From positions 3,315,531-3,347,530 of the forward strand of contig FO203512.1 in assembly GCA_000967895.1 (NCBI GenBank): a DNA stretch of 32,000 nucleotides. The letters run 5' to 3'. This document shows, in pieces, positions 18,401 to 26,158 of this stretch (positions within the stretch are counted from its first letter, which is position 1; each line of letters opens with the position of its first letter). Made by a program: the position numbers and the translations under genes. Origin of the DNA: Oleispira antarctica RB-8 (lineage in GTDB: Bacteria > Pseudomonadota > Gammaproteobacteria > Pseudomonadales > Oceanobacteraceae). The notes beneath the pieces are model-generated. The model was given only the letters and a program-made list of their open reading frames with translations. It was not told the DNA's origin and did not search any database.

Positions 18401-18670
18401 TTGCCCTCCTACCAAGAAACTAAAACAACTGAGTTAATACTCTCTTAAATGGGTTCACCTGAACATATTTCAAGATCAATTTTCAATTCTCATGACTTTG
18501 CATCACTATTTTTAGTAAAGAATCGTCTAACCTCATCCCCTAATAATACGACCTAAAGCTGATTATCAATTGATTATTAGCTAATTCACTCAAAATTCAT
18601 CTTTTGCTGGCTCAAGCTGTCTATAATGGCTGCAATACTGGCTATCTATTCAAACCTTAGGGAAAAACTC

Positions 18671-19453
18671 ATGAATTTAACCGATAAAGTAATCGCCATT
18701 ACTGGCGCGGGCCAAGGTCTAGGTCGTGCTATGGCGGTCTATTTAGCTAATCGTGGGGCTGATATCGCCATCATCGATTTAAACCCAGAGCATATGGAAG
18801 AAACCCAAAAGCAAGTGGAAGCAACAGGGCGTAAGGCCGCAGTTTTTTCGTGCAATGTTGCCGACGAACAGCAAGTTGAAGAAACCTTCGCTGCAATCCC
18901 TATCCAACTGGGCCGCCTAGATGGATTGATCAATAATGCTGGCATCTTGCGTGATGGCCTTATGGTTAAAGCCAAAGGTGATGAAATATCCAAGCTTTCC
19001 ATGCCACAGTGGCAAGCAGTGATCGATGTCAATTTGACCGGTGTTTTCTTATGTGCACGTGAAGCCTCGATTCAGATGATTAAACAAGCTCAGACTAATA
19101 ATGAAAGTGCTGATTGCGCGGGCTGTATTATCAATATATCCAGTATATCTAGAGCTGGAAACATGGGCCAAAGTAATTACTCAGCAGCCAAAGCGGGCGT
19201 TGCTGCGATGACGGTAACGTGGGCAAAAGAACTGGCACGCCAGAATATTCGTGTTGCCGCTATTGCACCGGGATTTATCGAAACCGAAATGACCCAAAGC
19301 ATGAAACCAGAAGCCTTGGCTAAAATGACCGCAGGCATTCCCCTGAAGCGCATGGGCAAGCCTGATGAGATTGCTCACTCTGCAGTCTTCATTTTTGAGA
19401 ACGATTATTACACTGGCCGAATCATTGAGTGCGATGGTGGTTTACGTTTGTAA
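18671..19453 (+). CDS. Short-chain dehydrogenase/reductase (FabG-like 3-oxoacyl reductase family)
   Basis: TGAGQGLGRA (TGxxxGxG), NNAG and YSAAK (YxxxK) are all present. I chose the start at ATG 18671 (MNLTDKVIAITGAG) rather than the track ATG at 18626. The upstream ATG lies inside a TATAAT-like hexamer and adds a non-homologous extension. Confidence 0.85.
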   Translation: MNLTDKVIAITGAGQGLGRAMAVYLANRGADIAIIDLNPEHMEETQKQVEATGRKAAVFSCNVADEQQVEETFAAIPIQLGRLDGLINNAGILRDGLMVKAKGDEISKLSMPQWQAVIDVNLTGVFLCAREASIQMIKQAQTNNESADCAGCIINISSISRAGNMGQSNYSAAKAGVAAMTVTWAKELARQNIRVAAIAPGFIETEMTQSMKPEALAKMTAGIPLKRMGKPDEIAHSAVFIFENDYYTGRIIECDGGLRL

Positions 19454-19476
19454 GCTTTCTTCTATATCATCCATAT

Positions 19477-19779
19477 ATGACTGCAGAAGAAACGTTATAT
19501 CAATTCATTGCCGCTATCCCTAGCGGCAACATCGCAACTTACGGCCAGCTAGCACGCTTAGCAGGACGACCAGGTGCTGCTCGCTGGGTTGGCCGCACAT
19601 TAAAACATCTTCCCAAAGATTCTCGACTGCCCTGGCATCGAGTAATTAATGCCCAAGGGAAAATTAGTTTCCCAGAAGGCAGTGAGCCTTGGGTTGTTCA
19701 AAAAGACAAATTAGCAGATGAAGGCATTCTATTGCACAATGGCCGCATTCGTTTAAAGGACTTCCAGTGGCAATGCTAG
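19477..19779 (+). CDS. Alkyltransferase-like (ATL) protein: an MGMT DNA-binding domain without the acceptor cysteine
   Basis: Contains IPSGNIATYGQLARLAGRPGAARWVGRTL and LPWHRVINAQGKISF, so the PCHR active site reads PWHR. The start is uncertain: ATG 19477, or GTG 19429 overlapping the SDR gene. Confidence 0.7.
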   Translation: MTAEETLYQFIAAIPSGNIATYGQLARLAGRPGAARWVGRTLKHLPKDSRLPWHRVINAQGKISFPEGSEPWVVQKDKLADEGILLHNGRIRLKDFQWQC

Positions 19780-21092
19780 GCAACTCTTCTAACTCAGAGA
19801 CATCTAATCCCGACTCTTCTTTATCGGCGGCTATTCCTAATTGGCTAGCGCCTTTTTTACAACGTCGATTACTCATTTGCCTATTTACAGGCTTTGCATC
19901 GGGCCTGCCCTTATTTATTATTATTCAGCTAGTCCCCGCGTGGTTACGCAGTGAAGGCGTTGGTCTAAAAGAAATCGGCTTTTTTGCCCTGGTTGGAATT
20001 CCCTATACTTGGAAATTCGTTTGGTCTCCTTTAATGGATCGCTATGCACCATCGACACTTGGGCGACGCCGTAGCTGGATGCTAATCACACAAGTATTAA
20101 TGTTAGGCAGCATTGGATTTCTAGGATTTTTAGACCCTAAAACACAGCTCTCAGAAATTGCTATTTTATGTGCAATTACCGCGTTTTTAAGTGCCAGTTT
20201 GGACATCAGCATTGATGCCTTTCGCCGTGAAATATTACCCGATCGCGAACTAGGATTAGGCAATAGTATTCACGTGACAACCTACCGAATAGCGGGGCTA
20301 ATACCGGGTTCGCTATCCCTCATTCTAGCCGATCATTATGCTTGGGACATTGTCTTTATCATCACGGCTGCGTTTTTATCTTTCGGTATATTAATGGTCC
20401 TTTTCAGTGAAGAACCTGAAGTTAATAGTCACCGACCACATACACTCAAAGCGGCTATTATTGAGCCTTTTAGGGAATTCTTCGGGCGACATGGTGTGCA
20501 GTCTGCACTGTGGATTTTATCCTTTATGTTCCTTTATAAACTCGGTGATAGTATGGCGACGGCACTATCAACTCCGTTTTATCTCGATTTAGGATTCACA
20601 AAAACAGAAATCGGTTTAGTCGCTAAACATGCAGCGCTTTGGCCAGCGATTTTTGGCGGTATTCTAGGTGGAATATTAATGTTAAGAATTGGTATTAATA
20701 AGGCGCTGTGGCTCTTTGGCGGCGTACAGATTATGTCCATTCTAGGTTTCGCATTGCTCGCTGAAGTAGGCTATGACCTTTGGGTACTAGCCTTAGTCAT
20801 AGGCTTTGAATATTTAGGGGTTGGCTTGGGTACTGCCGCTTTCGTAGCCTTTATCGCCCGTACAACATCCCCAGCCTATACCGCAACACAACTGGCATTA
20901 TTTACGGCCCTGACGGCTTTACCTAGAACCTTCGCAAGTTCAACTACGGGGATTATCGTAGAGAGTATTGGCTGGACGAATTTCTATCTATTCTGCACCG
21001 CCATCGCTATCCCTGGCATGCTTTTGCTGTTCAAAGTAGCCCCTTGGCATGCACAAACTTCAGACCTAAAAAAGCCCGAGCTTGCTGACTAG
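19767..21092 (+). CDS. ampG: AmpG-family muropeptide permease (MFS)
   Basis: 441 aa. FTGFASGLPLFIIIQLVPAWLRSEGVGLKEIGFFALVGIPYTWKFVWSPLMDRYAPSTLGRRRSWML closely parallels the E. coli AmpG N-terminus. The start (GTG 19767 or ATG 19773) overlaps the ATL stop at 19777-19779. Confidence 0.88.
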   Translation: MAMLGNSSNSETSNPDSSLSAAIPNWLAPFLQRRLLICLFTGFASGLPLFIIIQLVPAWLRSEGVGLKEIGFFALVGIPYTWKFVWSPLMDRYAPSTLGRRRSWMLITQVLMLGSIGFLGFLDPKTQLSEIAILCAITAFLSASLDISIDAFRREILPDRELGLGNSIHVTTYRIAGLIPGSLSLILADHYAWDIVFIITAAFLSFGILMVLFSEEPEVNSHRPHTLKAAIIEPFREFFGRHGVQSALWILSFMFLYKLGDSMATALSTPFYLDLGFTKTEIGLVAKHAALWPAIFGGILGGILMLRIGINKALWLFGGVQIMSILGFALLAEVGYDLWVLALVIGFEYLGVGLGTAAFVAFIARTTSPAYTATQLALFTALTALPRTFASSTTGIIVESIGWTNFYLFCTAIAIPGMLLLFKVAPWHAQTSDLKKPELAD

Positions 21093-21135
21093 CAAGGCGA
21101 GCTTTTATATTTTCAAATAAAATAACTGCGCAGTT

Positions 21136-21621
21136 TTAATCTTTAAAATTCTTATACATCAACGGCAATTCGATCTCTTCATCCGCTTTTAGCATCTGCA
21201 TGACTTGCTGCAATTCATCACGTTTTTTACCCGTAACACGTACCATTTCTCCCTGCACGGCAGAACTCACCTTGATCTTACTTTCTTTGATCTTCTTATT
21301 GATGATTCGACCCAAATCTTTATCAATACCTTGACGTAGCTCTGCCGCCATTTTCACTTGTTTACCGGCACCGACTAACTTTCCATACTCAAGGCAAGAC
21401 ACTTTAATTTTGCGTTTAATAAGGTTGGACTCAAGCATCGGCTTCATTTGTTCGATCTGAAACTCTTCATTTGCAGTCATCAATACTTCTTTGTCTTTCA
21501 ATTCAAAGGTCGCCTTAACCCCTTTAAAATCGAAACGCGTAGTCACTTCACGATTGGCTGAGTCTACTGCGTTTTGTGCTTCGTGCTTTTCAATTTCTGA
21601 GACTATGTCAAAAGATGGCAT
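21136..21621 (-). CDS. yajQ: YajQ-family nucleotide / cyclic-di-GMP-binding protein (UPF0234)
   Basis: 161 aa beginning MPSFDIVSEIEKHEAQNAVDSANREVTTRFDFKG, with RBS GGAGG. Confidence 0.9.
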   Translation of the reverse strand: MPSFDIVSEIEKHEAQNAVDSANREVTTRFDFKGVKATFELKDKEVLMTANEEFQIEQMKPMLESNLIKRKIKVSCLEYGKLVGAGKQVKMAAELRQGIDKDLGRIINKKIKESKIKVSSAVQGEMVRVTGKKRDELQQVMQMLKADEEIELPLMYKNFKD

Positions 21622-21731
21622 GAGTCGCCTCCATATAATTTATAGATAGTGATAGATTGGATAGGTTATTAGATCGAATTATCAGCTATATATACCCTTT
21701 AAATGGCACTCTGGCAATAATCGACTACATT

Positions 21732-22703
21732 ATGTGTATGGATAAAAGAATGATACTAAACGGTGCTGGAACTTACTATTTTAAGGTTCACGGCTCAAAA
21801 GATGCCCCTCTCTTTCGCTCAGTATTCGAGTACGAATATTTCAAGCAGATGCTCGCAAAAGAAGAAGGCTGCGAGCTCATTGCTTATGTATTTTCAGAAT
21901 ACCAAGCGCAATGGGTCATGCACTGTAACCAAGACTGGCAAGTGATCTTGGATAATATTCGTGCCCATATGCAAGAGCTGCATTTCAAGCTTTGGCACAA
22001 ACATCAACAAATTATTTCTGAATCAGCCGAAGTACTGCTTGTCGAAGAAGACCGCTATTTAGTGCCTTTAGTCATGGAACTACACCATTGGCCAGTACGT
22101 GAAGGCCTTGTTGCTAGCCCCGAAGTGTACCCATGGAGCTCGGATAAACTCTACCGCCAATCACGCTACCAGAAAATACAGTCCAACTCAGGACTTGCGA
22201 GTCATCGCATGCTACAACGCTTAGCTAAACAACGATTTAATAGCTCTGTATGCTATGAACGGATGATGGAACAGGTTGAACCTTGGTCTATTGAAAATGC
22301 TAAAAATCGTTTATATCAAGCACTCGCGAGCGATGCCTACATTACATTATATCTACGAAATAAAAAGCCGACTCTAGCTCATACAGCAGAGCAAATTAAA
22401 GAGATGCACCAACAAGCAGAAACTTTAATTTGTGAGATCCTAGGTATATCTTTTGGGCAGCAGCAGCCAAGACTTAAGCGCCAATATTATCAGGTTGAAC
22501 CTTTAATACTGTGGCTTTTATTACAATCCCAGTGCAATACAAAACAATTATCCTTCATATTTGATTTGGATCCGACCATCATTCAAGGATGGGTACGCAG
22601 TGTGCCAAGTCTTCACCCAGAGTCATTACTGACAAAAATACAACAACGCTGGCAAGAGAAAATATCCCTAAAAGACTCACTATTACTTTCTCGCGTTAGC
22701 TAA
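21732..22703 (+). CDS. Degenerate IS200/RAYT-like (COG1943, Y1-transposase fold) domain protein with a possible C-terminal DnaA-domain-IV-like HTH
   Basis: It aligns by eye to the COG1943 pattern at YYFKVHG, LFRSVFEYEYF, ELIAYVFSEYQAQWVM, EDRYLVPLVMELHHWPVREGLVASPEVYPWSSDKLY. In ELIAYVFSEYQAQWVM the HUH-type NHxHLL motif is replaced by EYQAQW. The tail reads ICEILGISFGQQQPRLKRQYYQVEPLILWLLLQSQCNTKQLSFIFDLDPTII. The start is uncertain among TTG 21657 and ATG 21732, 21738 or 21750, and no good RBS is visible. Confidence 0.5.
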   Translation: MCMDKRMILNGAGTYYFKVHGSKDAPLFRSVFEYEYFKQMLAKEEGCELIAYVFSEYQAQWVMHCNQDWQVILDNIRAHMQELHFKLWHKHQQIISESAEVLLVEEDRYLVPLVMELHHWPVREGLVASPEVYPWSSDKLYRQSRYQKIQSNSGLASHRMLQRLAKQRFNSSVCYERMMEQVEPWSIENAKNRLYQALASDAYITLYLRNKKPTLAHTAEQIKEMHQQAETLICEILGISFGQQQPRLKRQYYQVEPLILWLLLQSQCNTKQLSFIFDLDPTIIQGWVRSVPSLHPESLLTKIQQRWQEKISLKDSLLLSRVS

Positions 22704-22721
22704 AACCGTATAATACGGGTT

Positions 22722-23687
22722 ATGAATAACCCAGATAGCGCATCGCTCAATAGCTCATCATTAAACATAGGCATTATTGGCTTAGGGGCCATTGGCTGCT
22801 TATTGAGCAGTCAAATGCCTAAAGGCTTTAATGTTTTTGCCTTACCCAGCAAGACTAATCTTAAAAGCGTTGACTTCCAGCTTGATAAATACGATCAAAG
22901 TAGCCACTACTCAATTCCCGTATGGCAAGATGAGAGACTCGATGTCATTATTATTTGCTGCAAAGCAACTCAGTGTCTTTCTGCTTTAGCATTATGGCAA
23001 CACGCCATTGATCAACATAGCCAAATTGTATTGCTGCAAAATGGCATGGGTCAACATGAACTCATTGCGTCGAAACTCCCAAACAATACAATCTTCGCAG
23101 CCTCGACAACTGAGGGCGCTTATAAAAAAGAAGTTGCTCATAAGAAAGACAATGATGACAACAATAAAAATAATTATCAGCAGCATATCGTGCATGCTGG
23201 CCAGGGGATTACTCACTGGGGTTACTATTCAGGGCCTAATAAAGCATCAAAGCCTACACTAAAATTAGATCTATCCCAGCTTGAAGGCCAACATAAATGG
23301 CACAATCATATTGAAGAAATTTTGTTTGCTAAACTTGCCCTCAATGCTGTAATCAACCCTTTAACCGTAAAATACTATTGCCATAATGGTGACTTACTGC
23401 GTAATCAAGCCATGACTCAAGAATTAGAAGATTTATGCCTCGAAACGGAACGTTTCTTTACCGCAATGAAATGGCCGCTCGATTTCAACCTTACAGAAAA
23501 AGTGAAATTCATTGCAGAGCTAACAGCCAAAAATCTATCGTCTATGCTGCAGGATATACAAGCGAAACGTGAAACAGAAATTGATTTCATTAACGGTTAT
23601 TTACTTAACAAGGCGAACAAAATCAATTACAACCTGCCTCTGCATCAAAAATTATTTGAGCACATAAAATCACTCCAACGTTCATAA
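22722..23687 (+). CDS. panE: 2-dehydropantoate 2-reductase (ketopantoate reductase)
   Basis: 321 aa. The Rossmann N-terminus is IGIIGLGAIGCLL. AKLALNAVINPLT and SMLQDIQAKRETEIDFINGYL are also present. Confidence 0.85.
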   Translation: MNNPDSASLNSSSLNIGIIGLGAIGCLLSSQMPKGFNVFALPSKTNLKSVDFQLDKYDQSSHYSIPVWQDERLDVIIICCKATQCLSALALWQHAIDQHSQIVLLQNGMGQHELIASKLPNNTIFAASTTEGAYKKEVAHKKDNDDNNKNNYQQHIVHAGQGITHWGYYSGPNKASKPTLKLDLSQLEGQHKWHNHIEEILFAKLALNAVINPLTVKYYCHNGDLLRNQAMTQELEDLCLETERFFTAMKWPLDFNLTEKVKFIAELTAKNLSSMLQDIQAKRETEIDFINGYLLNKANKINYNLPLHQKLFEHIKSLQRS

Positions 23688-23777
23688 ACTGCACATATCA
23701 TCGAACAATAATAGTAATCAAAAAACAAAAAAAGCTATGTTAGTATGATACTCAAATGACATTTTAGGATCTTCAAA

Positions 23778-25754
23778 TTGCTCATACGGCAAAAGGTTAT
23801 AACAGCAACCATTTTCACCTGCATATTCATTGTTATTCTTGCAACAACGGCCTATATTTTGGCGGCCGATCGTATTGGTCGTGAACAACTAGCGCCTCAA
23901 ATAAGTCGATCTTTTGCTGATATTTTTCAACTGCAGCTGCAACAGAATCCTGACGACATTTTGGCATTAAAAGCGATTGCTAATAGCATGGTTCAACATT
24001 ATCAGATTCAAGAGATTGCTTTCTATAATGCCAAAAACGAACGTATCATTTACGTGTGCTCTAATACTTGTTTACGCAACGCCCCCATCAAATTCAACCC
24101 CAAAAGTGTTAAACATCGTATTGCTAGCAATCATCACTTTATATATAGCCTTCACAGTAATAACAGCGATACTCCCTTAAGACTGATCATAGAATCAAAG
24201 ATAGGACTCGCCAGATTTTTCTATGCCGACACCGCTTCAACCGCCCTACTCATTGTTAGTATTTCAACGCTATTACTTTTCTTTTTATATAACAGCATTC
24301 GTTTTTGGCAGAGATCCCCCTACCAAAATTTATTAATGACTATCGAAAAAATTCAATCTCAACCTGATAACAGCATTCGTTTCGACTTAAAAGATGCCGA
24401 TACCGCTAAACTGAGCGAAGCATTAAACACATTAATTATTATTAATGAAGATCGAAAAATAATCTTAACCAAAGAAAAAGAAAAAGCTGAAAGCGCTAGA
24501 ATTAGAGCCATACGTTTATCAAACGAAACGCGCCATACTAATGAAAAACTTGCACGTGAAATCACCATTCGTCGGTCTGTTGAATCTCAACTAACTCATA
24601 CTCGAAGTATCTTAGACAGCATCATTGACTCAATGCCCTCGGCATTATTTACCCTCGATAATAATGGCTATATCATACAATGTAATCAGCAAGCAGCAGA
24701 TTGGCTCGCTTGTGAGCGTCACCCATTGGTAGGCAAGCGCCTATCCAATTACATAGAAGAATTGAAAGATTTTAATACTCTAATCAATCAGAGTTTGACA
24801 GAAAATTGCGTTAAGAAAATTGAACGATTGAAACTCTCTTTACCCATTGGAACCTTTCCTGCCGACATAGCAATTTACCCTCTTAAAGATAATAACTTAC
24901 AAGGTCTTGTTATTCGCATTGACGATATTAGTCAGCGAGAAAAAATGGAAGAAGTCATCATGCAAACGGAAAAAATGAAATCCGTTGGCGGTTTAGCAGC
25001 AGGAATGGCTCACGAAATTAATAACCCGTTAGGGGCAATATTACAGGGAATACAAAACATTCAACGTCGAATTCAAGTTGATAATGAGAAAAATAAAGAA
25101 ATTGCTGCAAGTCATAACCTTGATCTAAAAGCCATGACCGGTTATTTAGAACAACGTCAAATACTAAAATTCATCAACAACATTCAAGATGCCGGTAAAA
25201 GAGCTGCGAGCATTGTATCTAATATGCTGCAATTCTCGCGAGGCAACCAAAAACAACTCAGTCCAACATTAATAAAAGATTTAATAGAGCGCTCTCTCAA
25301 CTTGGCCCGTGCTGATCTAGAACTAAAAAACATCACCATTCATTTATCATACATTGATGAAACACTGCTCTTTCACTGCATCCCTTCTGAACTTGAACAA
25401 GTCATATTAAATTTATTACAAAATTCTGCACAAGCGCTCAGCCATTATCAGCCCTCTCATACCGATGAAAATTGGACTCCACAAATCAACCTCTCAGCAA
25501 CCCAAGATAATAGCCACACCTACATTAAAGTTAAAGATAACGGCCCAGGCATGTCAAAAGAGGTACGCCGCCGCATCTTTGAACCCTTTTTCACGACCAA
25601 AGACATCGGTGCAGGTACTGGCCTAGGCTTATCAGTTTCTTACTTCATTATTACCGCTCACCATCATGGCGAGCTTGAAATTGAATCTAAACCCAACCAA
25701 GGCGCATGCTTCACTCTCAAAATCCCTAATCAGCCGCTACTGCCTAAACCGTAA
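23778..25754 (+). CDS. Membrane sensor histidine kinase (two TM helices, PAS, HisKA, HATPase_c; NtrB/AtoS-like core)
   Basis: 658 aa from a TTG start with AGGA upstream. H-box is [12 protein letters not shown]-box LLQNSAQA, G1 DNGPGM and G2 GTGLGLS. A PAS-like segment, [29 protein letters not shown], is present. No response regulator gene lies next to it. Confidence 0.85.
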   Translation: MLIRQKVITATIFTCIFIVILATTAYILAADRIGREQLAPQISRSFADIFQLQLQQNPDDILALKAIANSMVQHYQIQEIAFYNAKNERIIYVCSNTCLRNAPIKFNPKSVKHRIASNHHFIYSLHSNNSDTPLRLIIESKIGLARFFYADTASTALLIVSISTLLLFFLYNSIRFWQRSPYQNLLMTIEKIQSQPDNSIRFDLKDADTAKLSEALNTLIIINEDRKIILTKEKEKAESARIRAIRLSNETRHTNEKLAREITIRRSVESQLTHTRSILDSIIDSMPSALFTLDNNGYIIQCNQQAADWLACERHPLVGKRLSNYIEELKDFNTLINQSLTENCVKKIERLKLSLPIGTFPADIAIYPLKDNNLQGLVIRIDDISQREKMEEVIMQTEKMKSVGGLAAGMAHEINNPLGAILQGIQNIQRRIQVDNEKNKEIAASHNLDLKAMTGYLEQRQILKFINNIQDAGKRAASIVSNMLQFSRGNQKQLSPTLIKDLIERSLNLARADLELKNITIHLSYIDETLLFHCIPSELEQVILNLLQNSAQALSHYQPSHTDENWTPQINLSATQDNSHTYIKVKDNGPGMSKEVRRRIFEPFFTTKDIGAGTGLGLSVSYFIITAHHHGELEIESKPNQGACFTLKIPNQPLLPKP

Positions 25755-25811
25755 GGTCAATCGTTCGCATACAAATGACAGATGCTTTCATTTTTGATCA
25801 CTGATTACTAC

Positions 25812-25840
25812 TTGACCATAAATTTAATAACCCTTACCCT
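25812..25840 (+). promoter_or_regulatory. Candidate sigma70 promoter for the riboswitch-btuB transcript
   Basis: -35 TTGACC (25812-25817), a 17-nt spacer, then -10 TACCCT (25835-25840). This places the transcription start a few nt before the first riboswitch helix at 25851. Confidence 0.4.
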
Positions 25841-25850
25841 ACGCGCTCGT

Positions 25851-26070
25851 TTAGGTGCTACTAGGTATTCTTACCTAGAAGTTAAACGGGAAGTTTGGTA
25901 AGTCACTGCAACGCAAACGAATCCAACGCTGCCCCCGCAACGGTGATCGGCTTAACTTATTGTTTTATGCCACTGTGGTGCTCTCTTTGATATTTTAAAA
26001 GATTGAGCCTATGGGAAGGTGCAATAAGAGGAATTTAATTTCCAAGCCGTCAGCCCGGATACCGGCCTAA
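25851..26070 (+). promoter_or_regulatory. Cobalamin (B12) riboswitch aptamer
   Basis: The conserved elements appear in the canonical order: aacGGGAAgtttGGTaAg (25885-25902), GAATCCaacGCTGCCCCCGCAACGGT (25919-25944), GCCACTG (25969-25975), GGGAAGG (26013-26019), and the B12 box AGCCCGGATACCGGCC (26052-26067). The closing helix is TTAGG (25851-25855) with CCTAA (26066-26070). It lies directly upstream of a TonB-dependent receptor gene. Confidence 0.9.
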
Positions 26071-26158
26071 CTGCTATAGATTCTAATGTTGCGGCGGGCA
26101 GCTTAGGCGAAATTTTTCGCCTTCTCTTCCTGCGCAAACATATTATTAATGTGGTTAT

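Noticed and set aside
18565-18574. 10-bp palindrome ATCAATTGAT with flanking GATTAT repeats, plus a TATAAT hexamer at 18622-18627, upstream of the SDR gene.
   Set aside because: The palindrome is short and AT-rich and could arise by chance. No acceptable -35 lies at 16-18 nt from the TATAAT, so I do not call a promoter or operator.
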